NCBI GenBank assembly: GCA_030265395.1 | Contig: JARFYF010000001.1 | Span: 49,360,530 to 49,424,529, forward strand | Reading direction: 5' to 3' | Source of the DNA: Rhina ancylostomus | Taxonomy: Eukaryota | Length of the DNA stretch: 64,000 nucleotides | In this document: positions 40,860 to 53,936 of the stretch, in pieces | How the letters are laid out: each line of letters starts with the position of its first letter | Position numbering within the stretch: position 1 is the stretch's first letter | Program-made: the position numbers and the translations under genes | The notes under the pieces: model-generated | Databases searched by the model: none | The model's input: only the letters and a program-made list of their open reading frames with translations | What the model was told of the DNA's origin: nothing

Positions 40860-40918
40860 CTGCAGCCTAAACCAATCCAGTCGCATTCCTCTGAAGTCAA
40901 ATACTTCTCCATCTTCCA
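40860..40918 (-). CDS. NCKAP1: NCKAP1 exon 15 (59 nt): [19 protein letters not shown]
   Basis: Manual translation; acceptor TAG, donor GTAAGA. Confidence 0.95.
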
Positions 40919-41047
40919 CTATAAATGTAAAGCAAATTTGTGACATTGTAATGAAATGTTCTTTCTTGCAAAGGATAAATTTACTTCTCTTCATAATTTA
41001 ATATTATAGATCATATTTAAGTACATCTTAAGTAATGAATATGTCAC

Positions 41048-41129
41048 CTTGTTTTACACTTAAGGAAGTCATAGTATTCACAAAGGAAGACATGATGATG
41101 GATTCATCTTCAGGACACACAGAAAGATT
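41048..41129 (-). CDS. NCKAP1: NCKAP1 exon 14 (82 nt): [27 protein letters not shown](V)
   Basis: Manual translation; acceptor CAG, donor GTGACA. Confidence 0.95.
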
Positions 41130-42792
41130 CTGGAATAGAAGAATGATATAAAAATTTCAGTAATTCTTGAAATACATCTCCTAAATTTGAGGTAGTGACA
41201 CTTAAGCAGAATCTTGCCTGCAAATGCCAACGGTTCCATAATAAACTGCCAGCGTTAACCCATGTAAATAAGTGAGACTGCAATTTTGGGATGTGCATAT
41301 CTGAGCTTGCTGCAGATTCCTCACAGCATATTTGCCAACATACTTCCCAGTAGACTTTGCATTGAGACACTGGGGATGTGGTTATTGATTTAATGCAAAA
41401 TCTGTAAGACCTTTCATTTCAATGTACATTTAAGACTGAAGAGAATAGAATAAAAGGTAAGGTTGATATTATCTCTTATCTGTATTTGCTGTAATGCCTT
41501 TAATTATTTGGAAGCGTTTTCAAGTGCTTTAAAATCTAATCATCTAATTTTCAAAATCTGGGACATTCCAAAAGTTTGATAGCTCTGCTGGAGAGTAATC
41601 ACTATCAAAATTTCATCAGCTATTTCACTGATGGAACTTTTTTATGTTATCATTCCTAATGCCTAATTCTTTTTTTCCCCCAAGTTCCAGATTATTAACT
41701 GATTTAAATTTTACATTTACCAGGGTGGGGTTTAAACTCCTATCTCTGGAATACCAGTTCAAAAACTTAACCGCTCCACCATCAACTAACCATATGAGAA
41801 AGAACCAACCAATTGTACCAGAACATTAACTTTTCTCTTTGCCTCAAATTCTGTTGTGGCCGACCCATAGGAATTAACCAAAAGGTAACAACCAATGCAA
41901 GAGTCATCTCACAATTTTCATTAAACAAGTGGTCAATCAAAAAAAGTTCCAGTTAAACAGCAACATTTGACTGTTGCAGGATTTGAAGGAATCAATATAC
42001 TTTTAAATTAAAAGACCCAATGCAAACTGAACAAAATACGGGTATAATAGTCCACAAAACCTACAACCCAATTATTCTACAAAAGTGTAGATTCACTAAA
42101 AATGAACTGAAGCTATGCATGTGCAAACTTAACCACTATGGGCAACAATACCATCTAATAGAAAAGAGATTACCCATTCAGGACTCCCTTAGGAAGTAAA
42201 CGAGGAACCAGTTAGACATCAGGGTCATATAAACATGGCAAAAGAGACATTTTACCATTGAAATATTAAATGTTGAGTACATATTACTGTTACAGAATAG
42301 ATAAAAGACAACGTGATGCACAAATTAGCAGAAAACAGACAAATTTGTAAGGTTGGCTACTTTAAAAAGAATTTGCATTACAAACATTTTACAGAGTGCA
42401 GAATAAAGATGCTAGTGCCTTTTTCTGCAAACATACAATTGAATAGACAAGATTCATACTCCACCTACTGGCTATTCAACTACATTGCATGTAAAATTCA
42501 GAAAATATTATCTCAATGGAATAACACCAGCAGCAACAAGATATATCGTTTCCTCCCATATTCTTGGCCTTTTGGTCTGTACTACAAAGTGGTTAGATCC
42601 AAAACACAATCAATGTAGTACACTTCACTACTATCCTACTTGCCCTGAACTTTCAAAATGTATCTACCTTCTCTTTAAGTACCTCTCGTGATNNNNNNNN
42701 NNNNNNNNNNNNNNNNNNNNNNNNNNNNNNNNNNNNNNNNNNNNNNNNNNNNNNNNNNNNNNNNNNNNNNNNNNNNNNNNNNNNNNNNNNNN

Positions 42793-43002
42793 CATCTACC
42801 TATCACCACCCTGTGCCCACCCCGCCTCCCCTCTTTTGTCCACCTATCACTGCTCTGCTTTTCCCTCCTCTATATTGGGCTTCTCCTTTTCCTATCTTCA
42901 GTCCCGAAGAAGGATCCTGACCCGAAACGTTGACTGCCTGCTTTTCTCCACGGATGCTGCCTGGCCTGCTGAGGTCCTCCAGCATCGTAGTGTTTTTCAT
43001 CT
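42793..43002 (+). mobile_element. Penelope-associated terminal repeat (5' part in gap)
   Basis: gaagaaggatcctgacccgaaacgttgac...gatgctgcctggcctgctgaggtcctccagc. Confidence 0.65.
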
Positions 43003-44199
43003 ATTTTAGAATTCTTTATTCAATAGAAGCCCTCAAAGAGAGCTTGGATTCTCATATACTGTGTATGATGGTTTCATGCTTATTTGAACAAGACCAGAAT
43101 ATTACTCATCCTAGGCTTTGGGAAGATGCCGAAATCGAACTTCTTCAATTTCCTTGATACTCCAGTTGCTCATGATGTTTCATTGGTTTGCATGTGGGAG
43201 GGGGAGTGGATTAGAACACAAGAGTTGTAAAAAATTGTACACGTGTGAACAGAAGTACACGTACACAAGGAAGGTCATGTGGAGAACATACAAGAACAGT
43301 TCAACCAAGAAAAGTCTGCAGAAAGTTGGTCAAAGTGGTATGGAACACATATTACATGCAAAAATCCAGTGTATGTCTGTACCAGTTTGTCTAGGGCATA
43401 TAACAGAAAGCAGGGGGGGGGGGGGGGAGAAGAGGGAAATAAAAGGGGAAGGTACTGAAGTGAAATGGCCATTGGCTCTGAAACAAATGCTGGCTTTCAC
43501 CCAATTGTAGGTTTAGTACATCACAGACTTATCCATCTCAACAGGTACTTGTGAACCAGACACGCTCCATATTTGAATCTTTGTTTGATTGAAAATTCCT
43601 GAGCTGGAGATTGAGGAGGAAAAGTTCAAGTATTTCCACTTTTTTAAAAAAAACTTGCTTTGCTTCATTTAACATTTTTTCCATAATTTTAAGTTTTTAA
43701 ATGTCTCCAAATATCAGATTAACAAATGGCCAGACTCCAAGCCCAGCCTCACCTCCTGTCAAAGTCTGTCAGGGCATTCAGAGGTCTGGTCCTCCACAGT
43801 AACCCCAGATGATGCTGGAGCTCCACTTTACCTTTCTACCCGACTCCAGGATCAGAAAGCCCAGTGCGACAGCATCTATGATATCTATAAGGTTAGTATG
43901 AACTGTGGGTAGGGCAGGGATGGTGTGCAAAACAGAGTACAGACCAACCCAAAGAAAATTGTTCAGACAGCAAGCTGAACTGACTATAATTTAGTCCAGT
44001 AAAGGACAAAGCTCAAAGGAACAAAGAAGATCAGCGCACACAAACTCCTGCATTGAAGCAAAAGTAGATCTCTCACACACACTTACTAGTCAGGTAGCCC
44101 TATAGAAAGCCAAAGATATTGCATTCACGTGGGTGCAGAAGCTGGAGGATTACTTCACTGCACTGTGCACACTCCCACATTTCCTTCTGGCAATGATGC

Positions 44200-44520
44200 A
44201 GACCATTCAGCCCATCGAGTGTATGCTGACTCACAGAGCAATTCCATTCCCCCACTGCTTTCTCCTGTAACCTATTCTCCCCACATTCCCATCAAGTGCC
44301 CCCAGATTCTACCCCTCACCTACACACTAGGGGCTATTTACAGCGGCCATTTAACTGACCAACTCACACATCTTTGGGATGTGGGAGAAAACTGAAGCAC
44401 CCAGGGGGAGCCCACACGGTCACAGGGATGTAAATGCCACTCAGACAGTGTCCAAGGTCGGGATCAAACCCAGGTCTCTGTGAGGCAGTAGTTCTACCAG
44501 CTGCACCACTGCAATGCCCA
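44200..44520 (-). mobile_element. Older V-SINE with CR1-type tail
   Basis: Reverse B-box gggatcaaaccc, reverse V-domain gggatgtgggagaaaactgaagcacccagg, tail ccattcagcccatcgag. Confidence 0.72.
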
Positions 44521-44671
44521 NNNNNNNNNNNNNNNNNNNNNNNNNNNNNNNNNNNNNNNNNNNNNNNNNNNNNNNNNNNNNNNNNNNNNNNNNNNNNNNN
44601 NNNNNNNNNNNNNNNNNNNNTTTGATAACATCGTTACCCAAGATTCCATGAATATTTTGCGAAACTCATAC

Positions 44672-44804
44672 CTGCACAAGTTCATTCAGCACCACTGCAT
44701 CAAAACCAGAGAGATACTGGACATAATACCGCTGCATCACCGGTCCATATTTGCGCACATGTGCTCTGAGCTCTTCCATGTAATAGATCAGTTCAGCAAT
44801 GTGT
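44672..44804 (-). CDS. NCKAP1: NCKAP1 exon 13 (133 nt): [44 protein letters not shown]
   Basis: ORF 44666..44851; acceptor TAG, donor GTATGA. Confidence 0.95.
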
Positions 44805-45739
44805 CTACAGAAAAAATGTTTTTTTTTAAAAAAAATTCCAATGGTTCCCAATTACATAGATTCCAAAGCAGATACAATATAGCAGAAAAATACTACTTTC
44901 AAACTAAAAAAAAATCTTTCCTCTCCTTAGATTTACTAATTATAAAAGTATGAGCACACTAAAAATCAAGGTTCAGCTTGTTTCGCTATAACAGGTCTAA
45001 ATTAATCACACAAAATATAGTGAAAATATGCAATGTTTGACGATCCCAAATTACCTTAGTTTGATCAGTTTTAAACCACAAATGTCTCCATTGTCAAGCA
45101 TTTAGCCATTAACAAGCATAATGGGGTCATGAAAAAATAGTTACACATACCATTTTTGAATAATAATCCTATTTATTGTGAGGATGGATTTTGCCTTTAT
45201 AAACCTGAAGAATATTTGTGCAGGATCAGTAAAGTGATACCAGGATTCTAAGGATTAAATACCCCAAATTCAGAGAGGCAAGGCAGTGTTTTTTGATGTC
45301 AAGTTTCAGAGAATTAAGTGAACAGGTTGGGCAGTCCAAGGTTAGAAGGCATAATCTAAAAGTTAGAAGCAGGTCTTTCAGGAGTCAGTGTAGGAAACAC
45401 CGCTATATGAAGGCTGGTAGACATTTGGAACTCCATTATGTCATTGGATGCTAAGCATGCACTTCAAACCTAAGAATTCTGACTGGTAACGTTTGAAGAG
45501 AAGTGAGAGGAAAGCAGAAAGGATCTTAAAAGGATGGTGGAACAGCCTCCAGGAGGTCCCTTTTTTCCAATCAAAATGCCCCACTGTGATCAGAAACTTC
45601 AATCTCGTTGCCCTTCCATAAACCTCTTTGTTCATACAATTTCCTATCCATAATCAGTCACATCTTGATTTTGCCTTCTCTCCTTACTTCAATAGCCTTA
45701 TGGACTTGCCCTGTCCTGGGTCCAGCACATAGATGCAAT

Positions 45740-46190
45740 CACAAGGAATGACATGGGTAGTGGACTCAGCCCAATACATCACTAGCACATCCCTCTCCAC
45801 CATCGGAAGCAGCTACATATCAGGTGCCGTCTCAAGAAGGCAACATCAACCATGAAAGATCTCCAACATCTGGCCGATGCAATCTACTCGCAGCTACCAT
45901 CAGNNNNNNNNNNNNNNNNNNNNNNNNNNNNNNNNNNNNNNNNCAGGTTCAAGCACAGTTACTTGCTCTCAACCATTCGGTTCTTGGACCAACCTGCACA
46001 ACCCTAACCACTAAGGCCACTTTGCACTATAATGGCATTTTTATGTTCTAATTGTGTTCTTTCTTGTATAATTTATTTTTAATTTGTTTTTCTTGTGTCT
46101 CTGATGTTATGTGGCTGTGATGCTGCTGCAAGATTTTCATTGCACCTGTGCATTCATGTACTTGTGCAGACGACAATAAATTCGACTTTG
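45740..46190 (+). mobile_element. Rex1/Babar-like LINE 3' end
   Basis: Collinear with 47140-47678; ends gacaataaattcgactttga. Confidence 0.7.
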
Positions 46191-46962
46191 AGTTGTTTTT
46201 TTTAAATCTTTAACGAGGCTGCCACTGACAACTATTTCACATTTTCCACCATGCGCATCCAGCTGCACAGGTTTAATTCCATTTCATATGTCTCAAGACA
46301 GAAGGCTCAAGATATTTACAACCAAACTCATTCCTTTTATGCAAAATCTTCATGGATTCTTTTATGATGTAGGTGTAGGTTCACTTTTCCAAGACTAAAA
46401 GACTACTGCATTGAGCAATTTGCTCACAGATGTTTTGCCATCTCTCAGCGTTTTCACTTCATCACATTAAAAGCTATTCCATCACACTCTTCACTACATG
46501 ACTATCTACTTCAGATTCTGGCAAGAAAAAACAAAAAGATTCCTTTACTCAACAATCAACTACTTGCAGGCTCTCTCTCCACCCTCCTGTCCGCATACTT
46601 CCCAGTCATCCTTCATCCTCATTTCAACTAGAGCTTGGGCCACACAGATAGTCTTGCTAACATGTATTCCCCTCTTACTTCCCAATTCTCCCCCAGACTA
46701 GTTCTCAGCTGATACTCGCTTCAACCCATCTTTCTATATTCTCCATTTTATACAATGGATCTAACTCAGATTCCATCAGCCCAACCTTAACATCCTTTCC
46801 TTCATGCTGAATGGTTTCTCCTCAGTTGTGTCCTTTACATCAAACAGGCAGTTCTCACTGATATTAAAAAAGAAATCATTCTTGGACCCCTGAAGACCTG
46901 ACCACAAGAGAAAATTAGTAATTTTGCTATAAATAGAATATAACATTAACACATTTACTTAC

Positions 46963-47072
46963 TTATCTATAAAGTCATCACTGTTTCTTGTTCTTGGAAT
47001 GTTATCTGCATGACGAAGCAGCCAGATAATTTCATCACGAGCAAAAGATAGAGCCATGAAGACAAAGAGTGC
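46963..47072 (-). CDS. NCKAP1: NCKAP1 exon 12 (110 nt): [36 protein letters not shown](K)
   Basis: Manual translation; acceptor TAG, donor GTAAGT. Confidence 0.95.
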
Positions 47073-47139
47073 CTACAAGGAGAAAACCCAAATTAAAAAA
47101 AAATCACAAACAGGACAACGTTCTGCTCGCATGAATTTT

Positions 47140-47678
47140 AAGCAGGTGTACTGTTGAAAGTGTCCTGACCGGTTGCATCATGGTCTAGTATGGCAATTCA
47201 AATGCGTAGGAACACAGTGGCAGAAAGTAGCGGACTCTGCCCAATACATCACAAGCACATCCCTCCCCACCATCAGTAGTATCTGCAGGAGACTCTGCCT
47301 CAAGAAGGCAACATCCTAAGATCCCTACAATCCGGGCCATGCCATCTTTTTGCAGCTACCATTGGGCAAGCAGTTCAGAAGCCTTAAGTCCCACAACACC
47401 AGCTTCAAAAACAGCTACTTCCCTTCAACCACTCAGTCCTTGAACCAACTGACAAAGTCCTAATCACCACAACAATTTAGCAACACTAGCACTTTGCACT
47501 AAAGTGGACTGTTTTTTTTGTTCTAATTGTGGTATTCTTTTCTTGTAAAAGACTGTATAAAGTATGTTTTTTTCTTGTGAATGCTGCTTATATATGAGGC
47601 TATGAGCCTGTGATGCTGCTGCTGCAAGTTTTTCATTGCACCTGTGCATATGACAATAAACTCAACTTTGACTTTGAA
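47140..47678 (+). mobile_element. Rex1/Babar-like LINE 3' end
   Basis: Translates RCTVESVLTGCIMV*YG from 47144 (Rex1-type C-terminal motif); ends gacaataaactcaactttgactttga. Confidence 0.75.
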
Positions 47679-48435
47679 CATGGTATAATATTTGCTCAAA
47701 TGTGTTTGCTGTGGAATAACCAAGTGTCCAGTGTTATCTGGGTTGCAAAAAAGTTGCTTGACAGAATCCAGAATCTAACACACTCAAGTTTTACCCCACC
47801 ATGAGACTGCAAAGCCCAAACAAATTTCCACAAGAATCATCCTCCTTACAAAAAGGAAGGCAGAAAAGTCCAAGAGACTTCACAAATAGAAAAAATTAAT
47901 TTTGTTTGCCCATCATTGGATGATATTAGGATAACAAGAGTTCTGACCACCTCAGGATAAGACCGTTGAGCTCAAAACCTCAATGGGGAATTTTATTAGA
48001 AAATACTGAATTGTACAAGTAAAATAAATAGTGCTAAAAAAATTCTAAGCTTTCAAAACACTTAGGCTGCACTAGAGGACTGGCAACTTAATTGTTTTCA
48101 AATGCTTATTTCTGGATTATTATTTTGAGGCACTACATTCTCCAAATCCACTTTAAACATGTTCATTTATATTGGTGGGTGGGAAGTGTAGCAAATAAAA
48201 TTTCTGATAACGATCAGGTATAAGCTTGAGAAACTAAGCTTGAATTGCAAAACACCTTTTCCCAAGTCAGGAAATGAAGTCTAAAACAACTGCATTTTTA
48301 TCTTTACTTCCTGTTAATAATGCAAAGGGCATCATTCTTTGTTTCAACAGGTAGAGAAGATAGTCCAAACATCAGTGTTTTCCAATATGGCTTAAACTCT
48401 ACTGGAAGAAAATCTCTTAAATATAAACTCCGTAC

Positions 48436-48532
48436 CTTTGGTCCGAGTAATCCTGGTTGGTCAGCAAGAACAGTGGCAAGCTCTTTTAAGGCAGACCTCA
48501 AAAACTTGCGTCGCTCTCTATGAAGTGGTCCA
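48436..48532 (-). CDS. NCKAP1: NCKAP1 exon 11 (97 nt): [32 protein letters not shown]
   Basis: ORF 48304..48501; acceptor CAG, donor GTACGG. Confidence 0.95.
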
Positions 48533-50706
48533 CTGAAGGGGAAAAAAGTTAGTATGAATGAAAATTATTAACATTCAGGAAATTAGAAGATTTCCAGGCA
48601 GAGAAGTTGAAATATGCATGATGAAATATGTACTGAATTCCCTACATAGATAACTGGTTGCTAAATTAATTACATGAAATTTTCTTATGTATTCCTTTAT
48701 TGACTGCCTATCAGAATACCTGGACAGAATTCCTCAGAAAATTAAAGGGACTAATTAATTAAATTAAAATGCAAACTGAGCTAAGCAATTACTTATATTC
48801 ATAATTTGGGACTAATAATTCACATGGTTGTCTAATTTTCTGCATGCTTTCAATAAACAAATTTTATCTGGGGAGTTTATGAAGCCAACAAATGATTTTA
48901 TATAAATTTGTAACTTACTAAAAACATTTCTCTTAGTGTTCACATACAAAATATTCTGCAATTCTAGCTTTCCAGTTGATTATCATTTGGGAGATAAAGG
49001 TGCCTCTGGCACTTGACATCAGTCCAAATTATAGGGTACATGACAGCTATAGGTGATCTTTCAAACTTTTGTTTAAAAACAGGTGTCAGTATTATGGCTT
49101 CCATTCATCCATTAAAGCAATACTATATTAAATAGTGAGTCACGCTGCTTTTAAATTTTATTCTATCCCACACTAGGTCAACAATTGTATTAATCAGTCT
49201 AGCTCAGCAAAGCCAAAATGCTGATTTTTCTTAAGTACTCTTAGTAAGTGACTTGCTACCAAAATAACTTTGGATCTGTTCATGACTTGGTGATTAATTA
49301 TTGACATATCTCCAGATTAAAAATTAGCAATATCATTACTCCCAAATGATACAAGGTAGAGAACAAGATACTCCAGAATTTATTTCCAAATATTCTGAGG
49401 TTGCCTCAGAAACCTTTATCCTCTTCAATAAAAGATGGTAGGATCTCCAACTCAGTACTTACATCCCTAACCATTAAGAGTGCATTGTGCAAAATACTTG
49501 CAGCTATTTACCCAATCCAAGTCTATGCACTAATGAGCCAGTGCATAGAGGGCATGTGACCAAACCCATTTGATTTTCTTAAAATATGGCAGAGATTCTC
49601 AATCTGCAAGATTATGGTTCACAAAATTAAGGGTGATAAATACTTTTCACCAATTCATAAAAATAACAAAATAAAAAAATATGGAGAACTGATGGCAGAG
49701 TCTTTTGTTAAAGCAGAGGCTGGTTAGAATTCACATAGGATTCACCTGTTGCTGCAAAGGAGGGAAATAGACAATGTGGTTCATGTGCCTGAAAGAAGTG
49801 CATACCAGAAGTAAAAAAGATGTTGGAGATGCTTCGCAGCTCCTNNNNNNNNNNNNNNNNNNNNNNNNNNNNNNNNNNNNNNNNNNNNNNNNNNNNNNNN
49901 NNNNNNNNNNNNNNNNNNNNNNNNNNNNNNNNNNNNNNNNNNNNNNNNNNNNNNNNNNNNNNNNNNNNNNNNNNNNNNNNNNNNNNNNNNNNNNNNNNNN
50001 CAGTTTCCACACCATAGCATTCTGCAGTTTTATCTGTCACACATCTAATTTTTGGTAGTCATAGATCAATTTGTAGGTTCAAATCGTGGTCCATGAATGA
50101 ACAGACCAAACCTTGCTGGTAAAGGCCAGCAGTTCTGTGATGAACCGCTGACACTAATCCACATAAATGCAACCACATTTGGGATTCTGGCACATACAGA
50201 GCCAAACCCAGATCATCGAAACTGGCCATTCCCCCAGGAAAGCTCCAAGTTTAATTATGTGCCTGCAGTAATGATATATACATATTTAAGATGTTCATAG
50301 ATGGTTTAATTTGCTATTTTAATTTTTAAATAATGAGTATTTTCAATTTTTTTTGTAGTTTTTGAATGCCTCCTAAACTCGGAGTTAGAATGCCCTTGAA
50401 TACAAAGCCGAAGACATGACTTCCCAAAGCTTTTCCTAGTGGTCTTCCAAGCTGAGCTCCTAATCTGCTGCTTAAGTGATCGAATTTTATAGCACAAGGG
50501 CCAAACACTTCACAAGAACAACTAACTACAGGATATAAGCTACCAAAATGGCTTTCCAAATCCAAAACCTGCAGTGCAATGAGTAATCACAGCAGTGCCA
50601 GCAAAAGGCCCTACTCAGAAAAGTCTGAGCCAATGCTCAACTGGCCAGATATTCCAATCTTCTCTTTCAATACTGTATCATTTCCTTTGTTAGTAATTTA
50701 ACTCAC

Positions 50707-50763
50707 GCATGTGATAATGCAGTCTCTCGACATTCACGAATATCAGCTATGCGTTTGTTGTAA
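50707..50763 (-). CDS. NCKAP1: NCKAP1 exon 10 (57 nt): YNKRIADIRECRETALSH(A)
   Basis: Manual translation; acceptor CAG, donor GTGAGT. Confidence 0.94.
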
Positions 50764-51319
50764 CTGTGAAAACAAGTACAATATCATATTATGAACACCA
50801 CTGTAAATGTTGGTTAAAAATTATTTGCAAATCTAAAATAAGCACAATAAAATCCACAAATCCACACTAGAAAGAGCCTGCCAAGTATCACTGAGTAATT
50901 TGGCAACCCATATGGGGGGGGGGGGGGGGGAGAGAGGGGGGGAGAAAGGGGAGAATTGGGGAAGGAAAAAACTTAAANNNNNNNNNNNNNNNNNNNNNNN
51001 NNNNNNNNNNNNNNNNNNNNNNNNNNNNNNNNNNNNNNNNNNNNNNNNNNNNNNNNNNNNNNNNNNNNNNNNNNNNNGGGCAAGGAAAAAACTTAAAATA
51101 TTTTAATTCAAGTTTTAAGAAAAAGGTATTTATATACAGTAAAACTCCAATAGTTCGTTATCCAACTATTCAGAAATTCTGACGATTCAGCATCTGACTT
51201 ATGAGGTCATGGTCGCTGAACTCCCTCTCCACTCACTGGAGGCCCTAGCTGTCACACTCCCTTTCAGTCACAAATTTCACAACAATGTTTCAGTGGTGTA
51301 TTCGAAGAAACAATGTTAC

Positions 51320-51476
51320 CCTTTTATGTTCATGAACAAGTCTTCTGCAACTTTGTGAACATGGAATACTTCATCTCTGAATAGAGCAAGACAGGAACTG
51401 CTCTGCAGTGCAATTTTCCACAGGCTTAGAGCTGCTGAATCAGAGTTCAGGTTTCCATGACACAGGATAAAGCCAA
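51320..51476 (-). CDS. NCKAP1: NCKAP1 exon 9 (157 nt): [51 protein letters not shown](G)
   Basis: ORF 51316..51501; acceptor TAG, donor GTAACA. Confidence 0.95.
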
Positions 51477-52548
51477 CTAATATGAAGATAAAACAAGTCA
51501 TTGTAACATGTGCATGAAATAGGTATCAAGTTATTTCATACTTCTTAAAATATCCTGCAACACAATAAATATCATTGCTACAGTTTTCATCTCCAGTTGA
51601 AACACTTATTAAAATTGAGGTGGAACATCAATTTAGTATAACATAGGTTCCTCACTCCTCCACCCTCCCATCTCCATCCAATCAAATGATGGAAACTGGT
51701 AGGCAACTGATACATGACTGGTGCAAGCAATGATTGATCTATTGCTCATGTACTACAAAAGCTTATATGGTTCAGGTCACATTGTATATCTTCAAATCTT
51801 TTGCATTTTTTAACTGAATAGGAACAGAGTACAGGAATACCATCATTGAAAAAGTAGTCATCTTTGGATAATTGATCACTGCATCTATCTCTGATTCTGG
51901 AATAAGTCTATCCTCTCCCTCTGTTCTATTTCTCCCATTCATCCCTGAACACCTATTGTTGCCTCCGGAAGTTTAATTTATTAAACTGCCCTGCACATGA
52001 AAATTATGAGGAAGTATACAATTAGGAGGGTTCCAACATCTATGAGATGCCTAGGTGATAGACCTTGGCAAAGCAGTGCAAACAAAAATAGCCCTGTTAC
52101 CAAATAGCTTTAAAACCAAATGCTGCGCACATTTTTAGATACATTTAAAAACTGAAATAATTTGTATAATCAACTCATGCAGTATATAAATTCTTTAGAT
52201 ATGCACTGGCTTATATATATTGCAAACTTAAGTTGACATCTATATTAGCCAGGGCAAAATATACTATTCATGATGAAAACACACCTTATGTTGAGCAAGT
52301 AAATTGCTGAGATATGGGGTACATTTTCACTCAGATACACCTTCACCTAATAAAGAGGACTGCCATGTTGTATGGGAAATAGTATATCCTCAGCAAAACT
52401 ACATAGTCTCATCTTTGAGTGGCTGATGCAGACAGCGAAAGTGGAAGTTCATTCTCTTGACCCATTCTCTAGATTTGTTGAAAAATTCTGCCTCTCCTTA
52501 AAACAAACTGCTTAGAGCAGTTTTAAAATCTAATTCACTTAAGATGTA

Positions 52549-53597
52549 CAGTGGCATGCAAAAGTTTGGGCACCCCGGGTCAAAATTTCTGTTACTGTGA
52601 AGAGCTAAGCAAGTAAATGATGACCTGATTTCCAAAAGGCATAAAGTTAAAGATGACACATTTCTTTAAATATTTTAAGATTACTTTTTAAATTTCCATC
52701 TTTTATAGTTTCAAAATAACAAAAAAGGAAAATGGCTCGAAGCAAAAGTTTGGGCACCATGGATGGTCAGTACTTAGTAGCACCCCCTTTGGCAAGTATC
52801 ACAGCTTGTAAACACTTTCTTTAGCCAGCTAAGAGTCTTTCAATTCTTGTTTGGGGGATTTTCGCCCATTCTTCCTTGCAATAGGCTTCTACCTCTGAGA
52901 TTCTTGTGCTGTCTTGCATGCACTGCTCTTGAGGTCTATCCACAGATTTTTGATGATGTTCAGGTCAGAAGGCTGAGGGCCATGGCAAAACCTTCAACTT
53001 GTACCACTGGAGGTAGTCCATTGTGGATTTTGAGGTATGTTTAGGATCGTTATCCTGTTGTAGAAGCCATCCTCTTTTCATCTTTAGCTTTTTTTTTGCA
53101 GACGGTGTGATGTTTGCTGCCACAATTTGCAGATATTTAACTGACATTCATTCTTCCCTCTACCAGTGAAATGTTCCCAGTGCCACTGGCTGCAACACAA
53201 GCCCAAAGCATGATCGATCCACCCCCGTGCTTAATGGTTGAGGTATTCTTTTCATGAAATTCTGCATGCTTTTTTTCTCCAAACATACCTTTGCTCATTG
53301 CAGCCAAAAAGTTCCATTTTAACTTCAGNNNNNNNNNNNNNNNNNNNNNNNNNNNNNNNNNNNNNNNNNNNNNNNNNNNNNNNNNNNNNNNNNNNNNNNN
53401 NNNNNNNNNNNNNNNNNNNNNNNNNNNNTTTGAAACTGTAAAAGATGGAAATAAAAAAGTAATCTTGCTTAAAATATTAAAGAAATGTGTCATCTTTAAC
53501 TTTATACCTTTTGGAAATCAGGTCATCTTTTACTTGCTTAGCTATTCACAGTAACAGAAATTTTGACCCGGGGTGCCCAAACTTTTGCATGCCACTG
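52549..53597 (-). mobile_element. Tc1/mariner DNA transposon, IR/DR type, TA target duplication
   Basis: TA|CAGTGGCATGCAAAAGTTTGGGCACCCCGGGTCAAAATTTC ... matching reverse complement|TA. Left TIR about 210 bp with internal direct repeat gcaaaagtttgggcacc (52558 and 52742). Internal 100-N gap, so true length is unknown. Confidence 0.95.
52767..53328 (-). pseudogene. Disrupted Tc1 DD34E transposase (C-terminal part)
   Basis: KHGGGSIMLWACVAASGTG, LQQDNDPKHTSKST, DLNIIKNLW, QAVILAKGGATKY*. Contains frameshifts, and the expected catalytic E in NIIENLW reads K. Confidence 0.9.
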
Positions 53598-53887
53598 TAC
53601 GGAAAGTATACAGTTCAATTATGATCTTTCCAGTAATGGAAAAATAGCAGTGATCATTTGCATTGAAAATTTTTCAATTGTAAGTTTTATAAACTATAAA
53701 AATAAATGAAATGCAAAACATTATGTTGAAATGAAAGTCAAAATCTTGGCTTCCAAAATTACATGGAATATTACAGAGAGCAAGGTTCCATTTACTTACT
53801 GAAAAACGTTCTTCAGTTCTACTTATTGAATGATATGACTTAATGCAGTAGAGAAGGCATAATATTGCATGTGCATTTAATACTTAC

Positions 53888-53936
53888 AAACAATCCATTT
53901 CTCCATAGTATCCAAAGAGAGGTATTCACATGGCAT
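53888..53936 (-). CDS. NCKAP1: NCKAP1 exon 8 (49 nt): MPCEYLSLDTMEKWIV(F)
   Basis: Manual translation; acceptor CAG, donor GTAAGT. Confidence 0.95.

Noticed and set aside
49522-49549. Perfect 10-bp hairpin tctatgcact-N8-agtgcataga
   Set aside because: About one such hairpin is expected by chance in 64 kb; too short for a pre-miRNA.
50912-51097. Poly-G tract and repeated aaggaaaaaacttaaa across a gap; possible G-quadruplex
   Set aside because: Repeat flanks a placeholder gap and poly-G is error-prone in sequencing; the sequence here is unreliable.
51137-51200. TA-CAGTAAAACTCC Tigger-like terminus
   Set aside because: No matching second terminal repeat found nearby; too little evidence to call an element.
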